DNA of 64,000 nt from Gemmatimonas sp. (GTDB lineage Bacteria > Gemmatimonadota > Gemmatimonadetes > Gemmatimonadales > Gemmatimonadaceae). Shown piece after piece: positions 10,097 through 20,184 of the stretch; within the stretch, counting starts at the first letter, position 1; each line of letters begins with the position of its first letter. The notes beneath the pieces are model-generated. The model ran no database searches. It saw only the letters and a list, made by a program, of their open reading frames with translations, and was not told where the DNA came from. The position numbers and the translations under genes were made by a program. The stretch lies in NCBI GenBank assembly GCA_965279375.1, contig OZ257156.1, positions 1,536,001 through 1,600,000 of the forward strand, read 5' to 3'.

Positions 10097-11169
10097 CACT
10101 CCCCCACGGATTGAAGACAGGCACGCATGTACCCCAGTGCAAACGCCATCCCTGCGTGCCACGGTGCGGCGCAGGTCATCTCCGGCGTGTGATCTGGAAT
10201 GAGAACGCCGTCGTAGTGCGCACTCTTCAGGATCCGCACGATGCGCAGCATGTCGAGATCGCCTTCGTCGACGAACACTTCCTGATAGTGCGGCACTTTG
10301 CCTCGTACGTTGCGAAAGTGCACGTAGCCGATGCGTCCCGCGCGTGCGTAGCGATCCACGGCCGCATACACATCACCCTCGGGCATCTCCTGCAGCGAGC
10401 CCAGACAGCACTCCAGCGCGCTCGCACTGCTCGGCACGAGATCGATCATGCGCTGATATTTGTCCGGATGATTCACCAGTCGCGCGGCGCCACGCAGCGC
10501 GGTCGTTGGCGGATCGTCGGGGTGCAGTGCCATGCGCACGCCGCATTCCTCGGCGACTGGAAGGATCTGCGACAGGAACCACGCGTAGCGCTCCCACAAC
10601 TCCGACTCGGAGATCGGCGCGACGAAGCCCGGCGGTGCATCGGGATCGTAGACCATGTTCCACACCATGCCGTTGCGCATCGGCAGCTGCGGATCGATCT
10701 GCGATTCATCGTACACGAGTGCACGCGCACCGCCACGTCCAAGTGGGCCTTTGGTCCAGCCCCACACGCCGGCGATGCTGAAGTTGTAGCCCATGATCGG
10801 AATGCCCGCCTTGCCGACCGCCTGAATGGTGCGCTTGAGTGCTTCCATCTGCGTCGCCTTGTTCGGTCCATCCAGCAACACGTCATACCAGTGCGACGGA
10901 TCGAAATTCTCGATCGCTTCCCACACGAGGCCAGCGTCCTCGATCTGTCGCTTAATCGAGATCATCTCATCGTACGTCCACGGCTTGTCCTGATTGCGCG
11001 TCACGCCCCATCCAAGCGATGGCGGGCCCGAATCGAGAACGGGTGACGCGCCGGCGAAGTAGTCCACGAGATGCACGACGAGATGCGTCGCGCCCGCTTG
11101 CTTGGCGAACGCGAGATTGTCCGGCGTGAGCAGACTGCGATAGAGGCCGAGTCCCAGCTTCATTGCCAT
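10096..11169 (-). CDS. uxuA: Mannonate dehydratase (UxuA family)
   Basis: MGYNFS, RMALHPDDPP, CLGSLQE, YVHFRNVRG, IPDHTP and HAGMAFALGY motifs. Start at ATG 11169 or 11163. Confidence 0.85.
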   Translation of the reverse strand: MAMKLGLGLYRSLLTPDNLAFAKQAGATHLVVHLVDYFAGASPVLDSGPPSLGWGVTRNQDKPWTYDEMISIKRQIEDAGLVWEAIENFDPSHWYDVLLDGPNKATQMEALKRTIQAVGKAGIPIMGYNFSIAGVWGWTKGPLGRGGARALVYDESQIDPQLPMRNGMVWNMVYDPDAPPGFVAPISESELWERYAWFLSQILPVAEECGVRMALHPDDPPTTALRGAARLVNHPDKYQRMIDLVPSSASALECCLGSLQEMPEGDVYAAVDRYARAGRIGYVHFRNVRGKVPHYQEVFVDEGDLDMLRIVRILKSAHYDGVLIPDHTPEMTCAAPWHAGMAFALGYMRACLQSVGE

Positions 11170-11221
11170 GTGGAGAGGTACCGGATCGCGCGAAGGGTGA
11201 AAGCAGCTTGTTGGGGAGGCA

Positions 11222-13897
11222 CTACCAGCGGTCCGTGCGGAACGGTGCGGCGGGCAGTCCGGTTCTGTCGAAGAGCGATGCACGATTCGGGCTGTCCGAC
11301 CAGGCGTAGCGCACCGCGATGGGGGAGCGCACCTTGTCGCTCCACACCAGTAGATGCGACCCACGTACGCGCGACTTCGCCCAGACGAACTGCCGGTCAG
11401 CGCCGGCGATGGCGATACTCGACGTGCTGTCAGCGTCTGCGCGCTTCACGAGCGGGCCGCCCGTCACGACGAACTCGAGATCGACCGTATCGCCGCGCAC
11501 CGTGGAGCGTCGCAGCGTTGGCCCCGCATCGTGCACAACGCGACCGTACGCGACACGCTCCGCGACCAGCGCGAGACGCTGACCAACGTCGCGCTTGTTG
11601 CGTGGGTGAATGTCGCCCGCCTCACCAACGTCGATGGCGATCGCACGACCGGTCTTGGGCAGCGTCAACGCCGCCTCCATCGATTCACGCTGGGTCGCCC
11701 AGCCGCTGCTCGGCTGTGGCGTGCTCCATGGTTTGCCGTAGTTGGGGAGCTGCACCCACAGGAATGGCAGCGTGTCCGCGGACGGGCTCCACTGTTGGCG
11801 CCAGCTATTGATCAACAGCCCGAACTGGTCACGATATGCCGCTGCCTGCGCCACGTTGTTCGCGTTCGATTCGCCCTGATACCAGATGAAACCCTTCACC
11901 GGAAAACGCAGGATCGGGTGCACCATGCGGTTGTACAACACGCTCGGCACCTTGTTGATCACCTGACCGTCTTCGGCGAAGGAGAGCTGCTCGACCGAGA
12001 ACTTCCAGCTGCCGGCGAGTGATGTGCTCGATCCGTTGGCGAGGCGCAGTGCGATGTTGCCGTTGATGCCACCGCCGCCTCCGCCATCACTCACGCGAAT
12101 CGCCAGCACGTTGCGGCCCGAGCGCAGCGCAGCGGGTGCGATGCGATAGCTGCGCTCGACGTTGTAGCCAACCGTGCGACCGATCTCTGTGTCGTTCACC
12201 CACGCGACATCATCGTCGTCGATGGCAGAGATCTGGAGTGTTACGCCCGCTGCGGCATCGGCGGCCGAGAGTTCGAAGCTGGTGCGATACCACGCCACAC
12301 CGTCCATGCCATCGTAGCCGTTGGGTTCCCAATAGGCGGGCACCGGCATCGTGCGCCATGCCGAGTCGTCGAACGATGCGGACGACCAGCTGGACATCAG
12401 GGCGGCGCGCGGTGCCGTCGGAAGCGTGCCCACGCGTTCACGCAACGTCGCGCGCGTCTGCTCAGCGCGACGCGCGTTCGCCTGAAGCTCGGCACTCCAC
12501 GCGCTGTCGGAGATCCCCTGCGCCGGCCGACTGATCCACGTCTCGATATTGCTGCCGCCCCACGTGGTGTTGATGATCCCGATGGGAATCTTCTCGCGCT
12601 CACGCAGCGCCTTGGCGAAGTAGTAGCCGACCGCGGAGAACGCGCCTGCGTGCGCTGGATCAGCGGCCGACCATGCCCCGCCGGCCAACTCTGCAGCCGG
12701 TTCGTTCGACCACGACGTGGGAATCTTGAAGTGGCGAAGCAGGGGATCGTTCGCGCTGGCGATCGCACTCTTCGCGTCGAGTGACTGCTGGAGCATGAAC
12801 TCCATGTTGGACTGCCCGGACGCCACCCACACGTCGCCGATGGCCACGTTGGTGAATGTCAATCGCTCCGTGCCGCTGGCGATGGACAGCGTATGCGATG
12901 TTCCCGCCGCACGAGCGGGCAGCGAGACACTCCACTCGCCGCCGGGTGCAGCGGTCGTCGAGGTTTGTTGCGCATCGAGCGCGACGGTGATCGCTGCATT
13001 GGGTTTGGCCCAACCCCACACTACGATCGGCTTGTTGCGCTGCAGCACCATGCCGTTCGCGAAGAGCGGCGGAACGCGGAGTGCGGACGCTTGCGCAGTA
13101 GCGGAGGTGGGTGGCTTCGCACTGGGATCGCCGGTCGGCGGAGGCGCCTGATCCGTTGCGGCCGGCGGACCGAGTAGTTCAGTGAGCAGCGGCTTCAGGG
13201 CGTCTGCCCAGAGCTGATATCCTTTGACGGTTGGGTGCAACTTGTCCACCATCATGCCGTCGAACAGCACGCCATCCGCGTTGGCCAGCTTTTCGTTGAT
13301 GTTGATGTAGCGAATGGAGCTGCCATTGGCGAACCGCGCGAGATTGGCATTGATGCGATTGATCTCCGGCACCACCGCAATGTTGTCGTTGCGTGGGAAG
13401 ATGCCGGTGAGAATGATCGTCGCCTTCGGTGCCTTTGCTCGGCAGAGATCGATCAGCGCCTTGAGCCCGCGCGTGATGTCAGCGACCTTCGCGTCGTCGC
13501 CCACCGTGGTGCCCACGTTGTTGGTGCCAGCGAGCAACACGATCACCTTGGGGTTCACGCCATCGAGCTCACCGTTCTCTATGCGCCACAAAATGTGCTC
13601 GATTCTGTCCGCGCCCCAGCCAAAGTCGGCCGCATTCCACCCAAAGAAGTTCGACTTCCAGTTGGCCAGAAACTCCGGATAGTCCGTCGCGCCCCAACGG
13701 CGCGTGATGGAGTTGCCGAGGAAGTACAGATCGATCTTTCCCTTGGTGCGCTTCTCGAGCAGTTGCTCGTGCGCGAGCATGGAGTTGCGATCGGTGCGCG
13801 GTGTGGCGCGATCGGCGGGCCATTGCGCTGATACTGGCCGCGTAGCGACCGCGGAAAGCATCAGCGCCAGCAGCGCGCATCGAGCTCGAGTGGACAT
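11222..13897 (-). CDS. Secreted two-module esterase: N-terminal SGNH/GDSL domain plus sialate-O-acetylesterase (SASA) domain with an inserted beta-sandwich; probable acetylxylan esterase
   Basis: Module 1: FLGNSIT, GTNN, DKLHP. Pro-rich linker. Module 2: GDVWVASGQSNM, WGGSNIETW, WYQGESNA, DIHPRNK. Signal peptide VSA-Q. Confidence 0.85.
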   Translation of the reverse strand: MSTRARCALLALMLSAVATRPVSAQWPADRATPRTDRNSMLAHEQLLEKRTKGKIDLYFLGNSITRRWGATDYPEFLANWKSNFFGWNAADFGWGADRIEHILWRIENGELDGVNPKVIVLLAGTNNVGTTVGDDAKVADITRGLKALIDLCRAKAPKATIILTGIFPRNDNIAVVPEINRINANLARFANGSSIRYININEKLANADGVLFDGMMVDKLHPTVKGYQLWADALKPLLTELLGPPAATDQAPPPTGDPSAKPPTSATAQASALRVPPLFANGMVLQRNKPIVVWGWAKPNAAITVALDAQQTSTTAAPGGEWSVSLPARAAGTSHTLSIASGTERLTFTNVAIGDVWVASGQSNMEFMLQQSLDAKSAIASANDPLLRHFKIPTSWSNEPAAELAGGAWSAADPAHAGAFSAVGYYFAKALREREKIPIGIINTTWGGSNIETWISRPAQGISDSAWSAELQANARRAEQTRATLRERVGTLPTAPRAALMSSWSSASFDDSAWRTMPVPAYWEPNGYDGMDGVAWYRTSFELSAADAAAGVTLQISAIDDDDVAWVNDTEIGRTVGYNVERSYRIAPAALRSGRNVLAIRVSDGGGGGGINGNIALRLANGSSTSLAGSWKFSVEQLSFAEDGQVINKVPSVLYNRMVHPILRFPVKGFIWYQGESNANNVAQAAAYRDQFGLLINSWRQQWSPSADTLPFLWVQLPNYGKPWSTPQPSSGWATQRESMEAALTLPKTGRAIAIDVGEAGDIHPRNKRDVGQRLALVAERVAYGRVVHDAGPTLRRSTVRGDTVDLEFVVTGGPLVKRADADSTSSIAIAGADRQFVWAKSRVRGSHLLVWSDKVRSPIAVRYAWSDSPNRASLFDRTGLPAAPFRTDRW

Positions 13898-13917
13898 GTC
13901 GCGCTCAGGGAAGAAGG

Positions 13918-15420
13918 TCAGGCCATCTGCATGAGAGGACGCAGCGCACCGTAGGCGGCACGAAAGCGCGCGTATGCTGCGTCGTAGCGCTGATGCGCGC
14001 CATCGGCGGGTGCTTCGAACGGAGCGCGTGCGACCGTCGCGCGCGCCGCGGTTGCGACATCGGGGAACGCTCCGGCACCGACTGCAGCAAGCAGCGCCGC
14101 GCCGTACGCCGGACCTTCCTCGCGATTCACCGTGGTCACGGGCATGCCGTACACTTCGGCCTGCAGGCGCCGCAGCAACGGACTGCGCGCACCGCCACCG
14201 GTGAGCAGCAGCGACGCTGGCGACAGTCCGAGATCCTGCAGGATGGTCAAAGAATCACGCATCGCGAAGCAGACACCCTCGATCGCCGCGCGTGTCATGT
14301 GCGCACGCGAATGCGCGAGACTCAAGCCAAGGAACGCGCCGCGCGCGCTCGCATCGCGATGTGGCGTGCGCTCGCCCTGCAGGTACGGGAGAAAAGTCAC
14401 GCCATCTGCACCCGGTGCGATGGCCGCTGCCTCTGCATCGAGCTGAGCGTCTACGTTGGAAAAGCCGCGCAGCTCTGCGGCCAGCTGCTCGCGAAACCAC
14501 GCGAACGCTCCTCCCGCGGACAACACCACGCCCATCACATACCACACATTTGGCGCCACGTGACAGAAGGTGTGTGCGCGCAGCATCGGATCTACCACGG
14601 GTGACGATGTGGGCGCGAGCACCGTTCCTGATGTGCCCCAGCTTGCAACCGCGTCGCCTGGCGTAAGCACACCAACGCCTGCCGCGCCGCACGCGTTGTC
14701 CGCACCGCCACCGACGACGGGCGTGCCAATCGGTAGCCCTGTCGCGGCGGCCGCCGATACTGACACGCGACCCAGCACCTCCGCGGATCCACCAACGTCC
14801 GGCAACATCGTGCGCGGCACCTGCACGGCGTTCAGTAGTGAGTCACTCCACCGCATCGCGGATGGATCGAACATCAGCGTGCCCGATGCATCCGAGGGCT
14901 CCGATGCCATCACACCCGTGAGACGGAAGCGAATGAAGTCCTTGGCCAACAGCACCGTCGCCAGTCGAGCGTACGCTTTGGGTTCGTGGTTGCGTAGCCA
15001 CAGGATCTTGGGAAGCGTGAAGCCCTCGAGCGCAGGGTTACGCACCATGTCGCGCAGCGCCTGCTCACCGCCCGCCGCGTGCGTGATCTCCACGCATTCA
15101 GCCGTGGTGCGCCCGTCGCACCAGAGCAACGCCGGCCGAATCACCGACGCGCTTGCGTCGAGGAACACCGACGAATGCATCTGCCCGGAGATACCGATCG
15201 AGACGACCTGTGCATCAGGGCGCTGCGCGAGCAACGAGCGCACCGACAGCGTGGTGGCACTCCACCACGCCTCCGGATCCTGCTCCGCCCAACCCGGCTG
15301 CGGCGTGGAGAGCGTGAGTGGCGTCGTCGCCGATGCGTCCACCGTGCCATCCTCGCTGACGAGAATGGCCTTCACGCCGCTCGTGCCTACGTCGATGCCA
15401 AGAAATCGGGCGGTGCTCAC
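13918..15420 (-). CDS. xylB: Xylulokinase (FGGY family)
   Basis: LGIDVGTSGVK, GISGQMHS, LWCDGRT, GGADN, PYLQGERTP, GGGARS. GTG start at 15420 directly after xylA. Confidence 0.93.
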   Translation of the reverse strand: MSTARFLGIDVGTSGVKAILVSEDGTVDASATTPLTLSTPQPGWAEQDPEAWWSATTLSVRSLLAQRPDAQVVSIGISGQMHSSVFLDASASVIRPALLWCDGRTTAECVEITHAAGGEQALRDMVRNPALEGFTLPKILWLRNHEPKAYARLATVLLAKDFIRFRLTGVMASEPSDASGTLMFDPSAMRWSDSLLNAVQVPRTMLPDVGGSAEVLGRVSVSAAAATGLPIGTPVVGGGADNACGAAGVGVLTPGDAVASWGTSGTVLAPTSSPVVDPMLRAHTFCHVAPNVWYVMGVVLSAGGAFAWFREQLAAELRGFSNVDAQLDAEAAAIAPGADGVTFLPYLQGERTPHRDASARGAFLGLSLAHSRAHMTRAAIEGVCFAMRDSLTILQDLGLSPASLLLTGGGARSPLLRRLQAEVYGMPVTTVNREEGPAYGAALLAAVGAGAFPDVATAARATVARAPFEAPADGAHQRYDAAYARFRAAYGALRPLMQMA

Positions 15421-15421
15421 G

Positions 15422-16603
15422 TCAGCGCACTCCGAGCAGCAGTTCGATCGTAAGCTGGTCCAGCCGCTCGTAACCAAATCCTTCGCCGCGAATCGCCGGC
15501 AAGTCGAACACGCGCGCCTTCATCGCGGCAGCGTTGGCATCGCTGAAGCGCAGCGGCTCTTCGGCACCACCGCCGCGAGCGCGAAGCTCGGCCAGGCACG
15601 CCTGAATCTCCGCATCTGCATTGAACTGCGCCGCCTTCTCGCGAAGGATGAGATACGAACGCATGCTGCCGGCCGCGAAGTCCCACACGCCTGCATCGTC
15701 TTCCGTACGATAGGCGTGACTGTCGAAGTGCTTCATGCCGGAATACTTCGCGTCTTCGAGCAGCTTGACCAGGAAGAACGAGCCCTTGAGGTCCTCGCTG
15801 CCAAAGCGATGATCCTGGTCGTAGCGTCCCGGCTTCTGCGCGTTGAGATCGATGTGAAAGAGCTTGCCCGCGTCGATCGCCTGCGCGACACCGTGCGTGA
15901 AGTCCAGCCCGGCGATGGTGTCGTGCGCGACTTCCGGATTCACCCCAACCATGTCGGGATAGGCGAGCGAGTGAATGAACGCGAGCGCGTGCCCGATGGT
16001 TGGGAGAAAGATGTCGCCGCGCGGTTCGTTGGGCTTGGGCTCGAGTGCGAACTTGAAGTTGTAGCCCTGCGAGATGTTGTACGCGCACAGAAAGTCGAGT
16101 GCTTCGCGAAACCAGCCGAGTGCCGTGCGCGCGTCTTTAGCTGCATTGGTCTCCACGCCTTCACGTCCGCCCCAGAACACATACGTCTCCGCACCCAACT
16201 CGGCGCCGAGATCCATCGAGCGCATCGTCTTCTGCATGGCGTAGGCACGAACGCGTGGATCGTTGCTGGTGAACGCGCCATCGCGGAACGCAGGATCACT
16301 GAAGAGATTCGTCGTCGCCATCGGCACCTTCATGCCCGTGTCGGCCAACGCTGCCTTGAACTCCTTGACGATGCGATCGCGCTCGACGGCGGTCGCATCG
16401 CGCGGCACGAGATCTTCGTCGTGCAAGTTGACACCGTATGCGCCCAGTTCAGCCAGCTTCTGCACGATGCGTGGCGCGCTGAGTGGCGCGCGCACGGCAT
16501 CACCGAACGGATCGCGGCCGACGTTGCCGACCGTCCAGAGGCCAAAGGTGAAGTGGTCGCTGGGAACTGGAGTGTACGCGTCGCGAGATGCGGCTGCGGT
16601 CAT
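15422..16603 (-). CDS. xylA: Xylose isomerase, class I (short, Streptomyces/Thermus type)
   Basis: 393 aa; [51 protein letters not shown] and HFD metal-ligand motifs. Confidence 0.95.
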   Translation of the reverse strand: MTAAASRDAYTPVPSDHFTFGLWTVGNVGRDPFGDAVRAPLSAPRIVQKLAELGAYGVNLHDEDLVPRDATAVERDRIVKEFKAALADTGMKVPMATTNLFSDPAFRDGAFTSNDPRVRAYAMQKTMRSMDLGAELGAETYVFWGGREGVETNAAKDARTALGWFREALDFLCAYNISQGYNFKFALEPKPNEPRGDIFLPTIGHALAFIHSLAYPDMVGVNPEVAHDTIAGLDFTHGVAQAIDAGKLFHIDLNAQKPGRYDQDHRFGSEDLKGSFFLVKLLEDAKYSGMKHFDSHAYRTEDDAGVWDFAAGSMRSYLILREKAAQFNADAEIQACLAELRARGGGAEEPLRFSDANAAAMKARVFDLPAIRGEGFGYERLDQLTIELLLGVR

Positions 16604-16655
16604 GAGAAACGCCTTGTACGAAGGGTGAAAACTCGAACCGTGATGGGCCGGGCGT

Positions 16656-16695
16656 AGAACTCGAAAGAACTTGAAAGAGCTCGAGAGAACTCAGG
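16656..16695. repeat. Four tandem 10-bp repeats in the aguA-xylA spacer
   Basis: AGAACTCGAA AGAACTTGAA AGAGCTCGAG AGAACTCAGG, plus a detached copy AAAACTCGAA at 16628-16637. Confidence 0.75.
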
Positions 16696-16726
16696 GGAGT
16701 GGGCGAGGTGCGTCGGCGTAGCAGCG

Positions 16727-18982
16727 TTACTGAATGGCGGGACAGCGAGGCTTGTCGCGATCGATTGGACAGCGCAGGCCGATGTAGAAGGCGAGCGGAT
16801 GCAGCGGCGCGGCGTAACCGGCCGGGATTGGTTTACGCGAGAACGTCTGGAAGTACTGCACGGCGGCGTCGCGCCACCACCGCGCTTCGTGCTCCTGAAT
16901 CTCGAGCATGCTGCGGATTTCTTCGAAGCGCGCCGCGTCGACGTGCCCTTCAACTGTCGCCCATGCGCGCCGCATCGCGGAGACGGAATCGACGCCCGCG
17001 TAGTAGCGATACACGAGTTCGTTCCAGAGCGAGCGCCCCGACGCCATCCGATCATCCCAGCGCACATGATGAAAGAAGAGCAGTAGCGAATCGGGCACGG
17101 TGCGTCGATTCGCGAGTCGCGCGCGCACGGCGGGGAAATACTGATCGACCGCGTTGCTGCCCGTTGCAGTACGGTCGAAGCCGATGCCGAGCGAATCGGC
17201 GCGATGATAGTAGACCGGCGTCCAGTCGGGGCGACCGGTGTTCACCCATGGTCCGGGGCCATAGTGGTGATTCGTGGCCATGATGTGCGCGAGCCCCAGC
17301 GGCGTCATGTAGTTCACGACCGCTTCGCGCGACGTGAGCATCATGCGGCGAATCGTGTTGACGACTCTGGGCTCGGTGCTGAGCGTTGCGCGGATCCACT
17401 CGTCGGCAATCGCTGACGACGAAAGCATGGGATCCCACGCGAGACGACCGTAGGCATACCAGTTCGCTTGATTGAACTGCGAACCCGTCCAGTTGCGGTC
17501 CATGCCGATGTTGGCCACGCCGGCGATGCCGCTGCGCGCATACCCGTGCAGCGATCCATCGATGACCTTGGCGATCGTGGAGCCTTTGCCCTTCGCGTAC
17601 GTGTCGGCGCGCAGCACTTCTTCAAAGAGCGGCCCGAGATACGCCAGATGCGTGTCTTGGCCCAGATACTCCTTGGTGATCTGGAACTCCAGCATCAACG
17701 GCGTCCTGGGCATCGCGCCAAAGAGCGGATGAAAGGGCTCGCGCGGCTGAAAATCGAGCGGCCCGTTCTTCACCTGCACGATGACGTTCGACTTGAACGC
17801 GCCATCGAGTGGCTTGAACTCATCGTACGCTTGCCGAATGCGATCCACCGGCACCGTGTTGCTGTACACGAACGCGCGCCACATCACGATGCCGCTGTGC
17901 GGGGCGAGCGCGTCGGCGAGCATGTTCGCGCCGTCGGCGTGCGACCGCTTGTAGTCCTGCGGGCCGGGCTGTCCTTCGGAATTGGCCTTCACGACAAAGC
18001 CGCCGAAGTCGGGAATCGCGCGATAGATCTCGTCGCACTTGGCGGCCCACCATGCGCGTACCGCAGGATCGAGCGGATCGGCGGTGGCCAACTTGCCCAG
18101 CTCGATGGGAGCGCTGAAGCGTGCGGTGAGATAGACGCGAATGCCGTATGGTCGGAAGATGTCGGCGAGCGCCGCGACCTTGGCGAGATACGCTGGCGAC
18201 AGCACCGTCGCGTCGGCGTTCACGTTGGTGAGCACCGTCCCGTTGATGCCGAGCGATGCGTTGGCGCGGGCGTAGTCCACGTAGCGCTGCCGCATCGAGT
18301 CGGGGAGGGCATTGGGGAGCGCCTTCCAGTCCCAGAGCGACCGGCCGGCGTACCCGCGCTCGACGCTTCGGTCGAGGTTGTCCCAGTGATCGAGGAGGCG
18401 CAGCCGGATCTTGGGGGCGCTGCTGACGGCAAAGGCGTCGATCGGCCGGTGGGCCTGTAGTTCCCGCAAAAATCGGAACGTTCCATAAAGCAGTCCGACC
18501 TCGCGGTTGGCGGCGATCACGAGGGTCGGCCGGCCGCCAACGGACGCGGAGCGGATCAGGTATCCCTCGTCCCCGAGGGGTGCGAGCGATGCGCCCAGTC
18601 CGAGGGCGGCGATCTGCGGGGAGGTGGCTGGCGTGCCGATCAGGAGCGCGCCGGCTTTGGACACCGTCGCCACGCTGGGCGGCGCCGCGCCGAGCATTCC
18701 GGTCAGGGCGCGCGCGATCTCCTGTTGGACCAGGCGGGCCGTCGGCGAGTCGCCGCCGACGGCGACTTCACTGAGGCGCGCGCGGTAGGTGCGGACGAGT
18801 GCGGCGTCGGCGACCGCTGGATAGCGCAGCCAGAGGTCGTGGCCGTCTTCCGGCGCGGGGGCTGCAGTCGGCGCCGCGCCGAGGAGCAGCAGGAAGCCGA
18901 GCGGAGCGAGTCGGAAGCGCTGCAGGAGGGAGCGTCGCAAGCGAGAGCCTAGCTCGTCAGTGATTGCTGTGCCGTTCTTCAT
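16727..18982 (-). CDS. aguA: GH67 alpha-glucuronidase
   Basis: EDGHDLWLRY, LDHWDNLDRSVERGYAG, VKANSEGQPGP, KNGPLDFQPREP, EFQITKEYLGQ, YMTPLGL. Hydrophobic leader. ATG overlaps the lacI stop. Confidence 0.93.
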   Translation of the reverse strand: MKNGTAITDELGSRLRRSLLQRFRLAPLGFLLLLGAAPTAAPAPEDGHDLWLRYPAVADAALVRTYRARLSEVAVGGDSPTARLVQQEIARALTGMLGAAPPSVATVSKAGALLIGTPATSPQIAALGLGASLAPLGDEGYLIRSASVGGRPTLVIAANREVGLLYGTFRFLRELQAHRPIDAFAVSSAPKIRLRLLDHWDNLDRSVERGYAGRSLWDWKALPNALPDSMRQRYVDYARANASLGINGTVLTNVNADATVLSPAYLAKVAALADIFRPYGIRVYLTARFSAPIELGKLATADPLDPAVRAWWAAKCDEIYRAIPDFGGFVVKANSEGQPGPQDYKRSHADGANMLADALAPHSGIVMWRAFVYSNTVPVDRIRQAYDEFKPLDGAFKSNVIVQVKNGPLDFQPREPFHPLFGAMPRTPLMLEFQITKEYLGQDTHLAYLGPLFEEVLRADTYAKGKGSTIAKVIDGSLHGYARSGIAGVANIGMDRNWTGSQFNQANWYAYGRLAWDPMLSSSAIADEWIRATLSTEPRVVNTIRRMMLTSREAVVNYMTPLGLAHIMATNHHYGPGPWVNTGRPDWTPVYYHRADSLGIGFDRTATGSNAVDQYFPAVRARLANRRTVPDSLLLFFHHVRWDDRMASGRSLWNELVYRYYAGVDSVSAMRRAWATVEGHVDAARFEEIRSMLEIQEHEARWWRDAAVQYFQTFSRKPIPAGYAAPLHPLAFYIGLRCPIDRDKPRCPAIQ
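18474..18485. promoter_or_regulatory. Candidate auxiliary LacI-type operator inside aguA
   Basis: CGGAACGTTCCA matches the 20185 palindrome at 11/12 positions and sits in locally AT-rich, atypical codons. Confidence 0.4.
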
Positions 18983-20025
18983 GCGGCGGAGCCCTGGGCA
19001 CCGGGGTCGGCGTGCCGATTGCGAGAGGTAGTGCCGCGAACGACGAGTCGCGGGGGCATCAGCACGTGGCGGGCGGTGTCGCGCCGTCCGGCGAAGCGTT
19101 CGAGCAACAAGCGGACCGCAGTCCGCCCCATATCCGGGCGAGGCTGATCCACCGTGGTCAGGTTGATCTGCTGGACGGCGGCGAGCGCGGTATTGTCGTA
19201 GCCGACGACCGACACGTCCTCCGGCACGCGGAGACCACGTTCGGCGAGCGCGCTCATGGCGCCCAAGGCGGCGAGGTCGTTGGCGACGAAAAGCGCGGTG
19301 GGTGCGAGTCCTTCGTCGAAGAGCTGGGCCACGCCATGGCGGCCACCTTCATCGCTGTAGGCACCCGGGGCGATGCGCGTGAACGCCTCCAGTCCGCGCT
19401 TCTGCATGGCGCGTTCGTAGCCCTTGGAGCGTTCTGCGGCGCCGGCGCCACCACCGCCGTCGATGTGCGCAATGCGTTCGTGCCCCAGTTCGGCCAGATG
19501 CTCGACGACGAGCCGTGCGCCGGTGGGGTCGTCGTTGGCAACGCTGTCGATGCGGCTCATACGCGAGCGGCGTGCGACGAGGACCACGGGCACCTCGGCG
19601 GAGGCGGCGCTGATCGCATGCACATCGAGCATCGGCGAGGCGAGGATCAGGCCATCGACGCGGAGCTCGAGCAGCGTGTCGAGGGCGCGGCGCTCGTCGA
19701 GGGTGCGGTGATCGACGACGCTCATGATGGTGTTGTAGCCACGGGCGCCGGCCTCCTCCTGCACGCCGTCGATGACTTCGGCGAAGAAGGGATTGTGCAG
19801 GTCAGAGAGAACGATGCCGAACAGATTCGACCGTCGTTGCACCAGGCTTCGCGCGGCGCCGTTGGGTCGATAGCCCAGCTGCGCTGCCGCTTCGAGCACG
19901 AGCTGCCGCTTCTCGTCGCTGACGCTGCTGGCGCCACGCATGACGAGAGAAACGAGGGATTTCGAGACGCCGGCAGAGGCGGCGACGTCGATGATCGTGG
20001 GTCGGCTGGTGTTGCGATGGGACAC
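18979..20025 (-). CDS. LacI-family transcriptional regulator
   Basis: [35 protein letters not shown] hinge, [31 protein letters not shown]. Confidence 0.95.
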   Translation of the reverse strand: MSHRNTSRPTIIDVAASAGVSKSLVSLVMRGASSVSDEKRQLVLEAAAQLGYRPNGAARSLVQRRSNLFGIVLSDLHNPFFAEVIDGVQEEAGARGYNTIMSVVDHRTLDERRALDTLLELRVDGLILASPMLDVHAISAASAEVPVVLVARRSRMSRIDSVANDDPTGARLVVEHLAELGHERIAHIDGGGGAGAAERSKGYERAMQKRGLEAFTRIAPGAYSDEGGRHGVAQLFDEGLAPTALFVANDLAALGAMSALAERGLRVPEDVSVVGYDNTALAAVQQINLTTVDQPRPDMGRTAVRLLLERFAGRRDTARHVLMPPRLVVRGTTSRNRHADPGAQGSAA

Positions 20026-20146
20026 GGCGAGGCCGAAGGCGGGCTGGGACTAGACGCGGAGAATCGGGAGTATCCGTCTATATACGCTGCCGCGAAACGT
20101 GCTGCTTGGCGGGAGGGCGGCAAAGGTGGGATCTGGCAGGTGACAG

Positions 20147-20175
20147 TTGACACGTTCCCGGCGGCATCACAATAT
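20147..20175 (+). promoter_or_regulatory. Putative sigma70 promoter for the susC arm
   Basis: Perfect TTGACA (20147-20152), 17-bp spacer, CAATAT (20170-20175). Confidence 0.65.
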
Positions 20176-20184
20176 GTCCGCCGA

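Noticed and set aside
14570..16657. 695-aa plus-strand ORF
   Set aside because: Antisense to the well-supported xylA and xylB. Long stop-free shadow frames are expected at this GC content.
16656..16695. Repeat array as a CRISPR
   Set aside because: The units are 10 bp with no spacers, and no cas genes are present.
18900..18982. Tat signal on GH67 (LRRSLL)
   Set aside because: Only a loose match in an Arg-rich leader. It cannot be separated from a Sec signal by eye.
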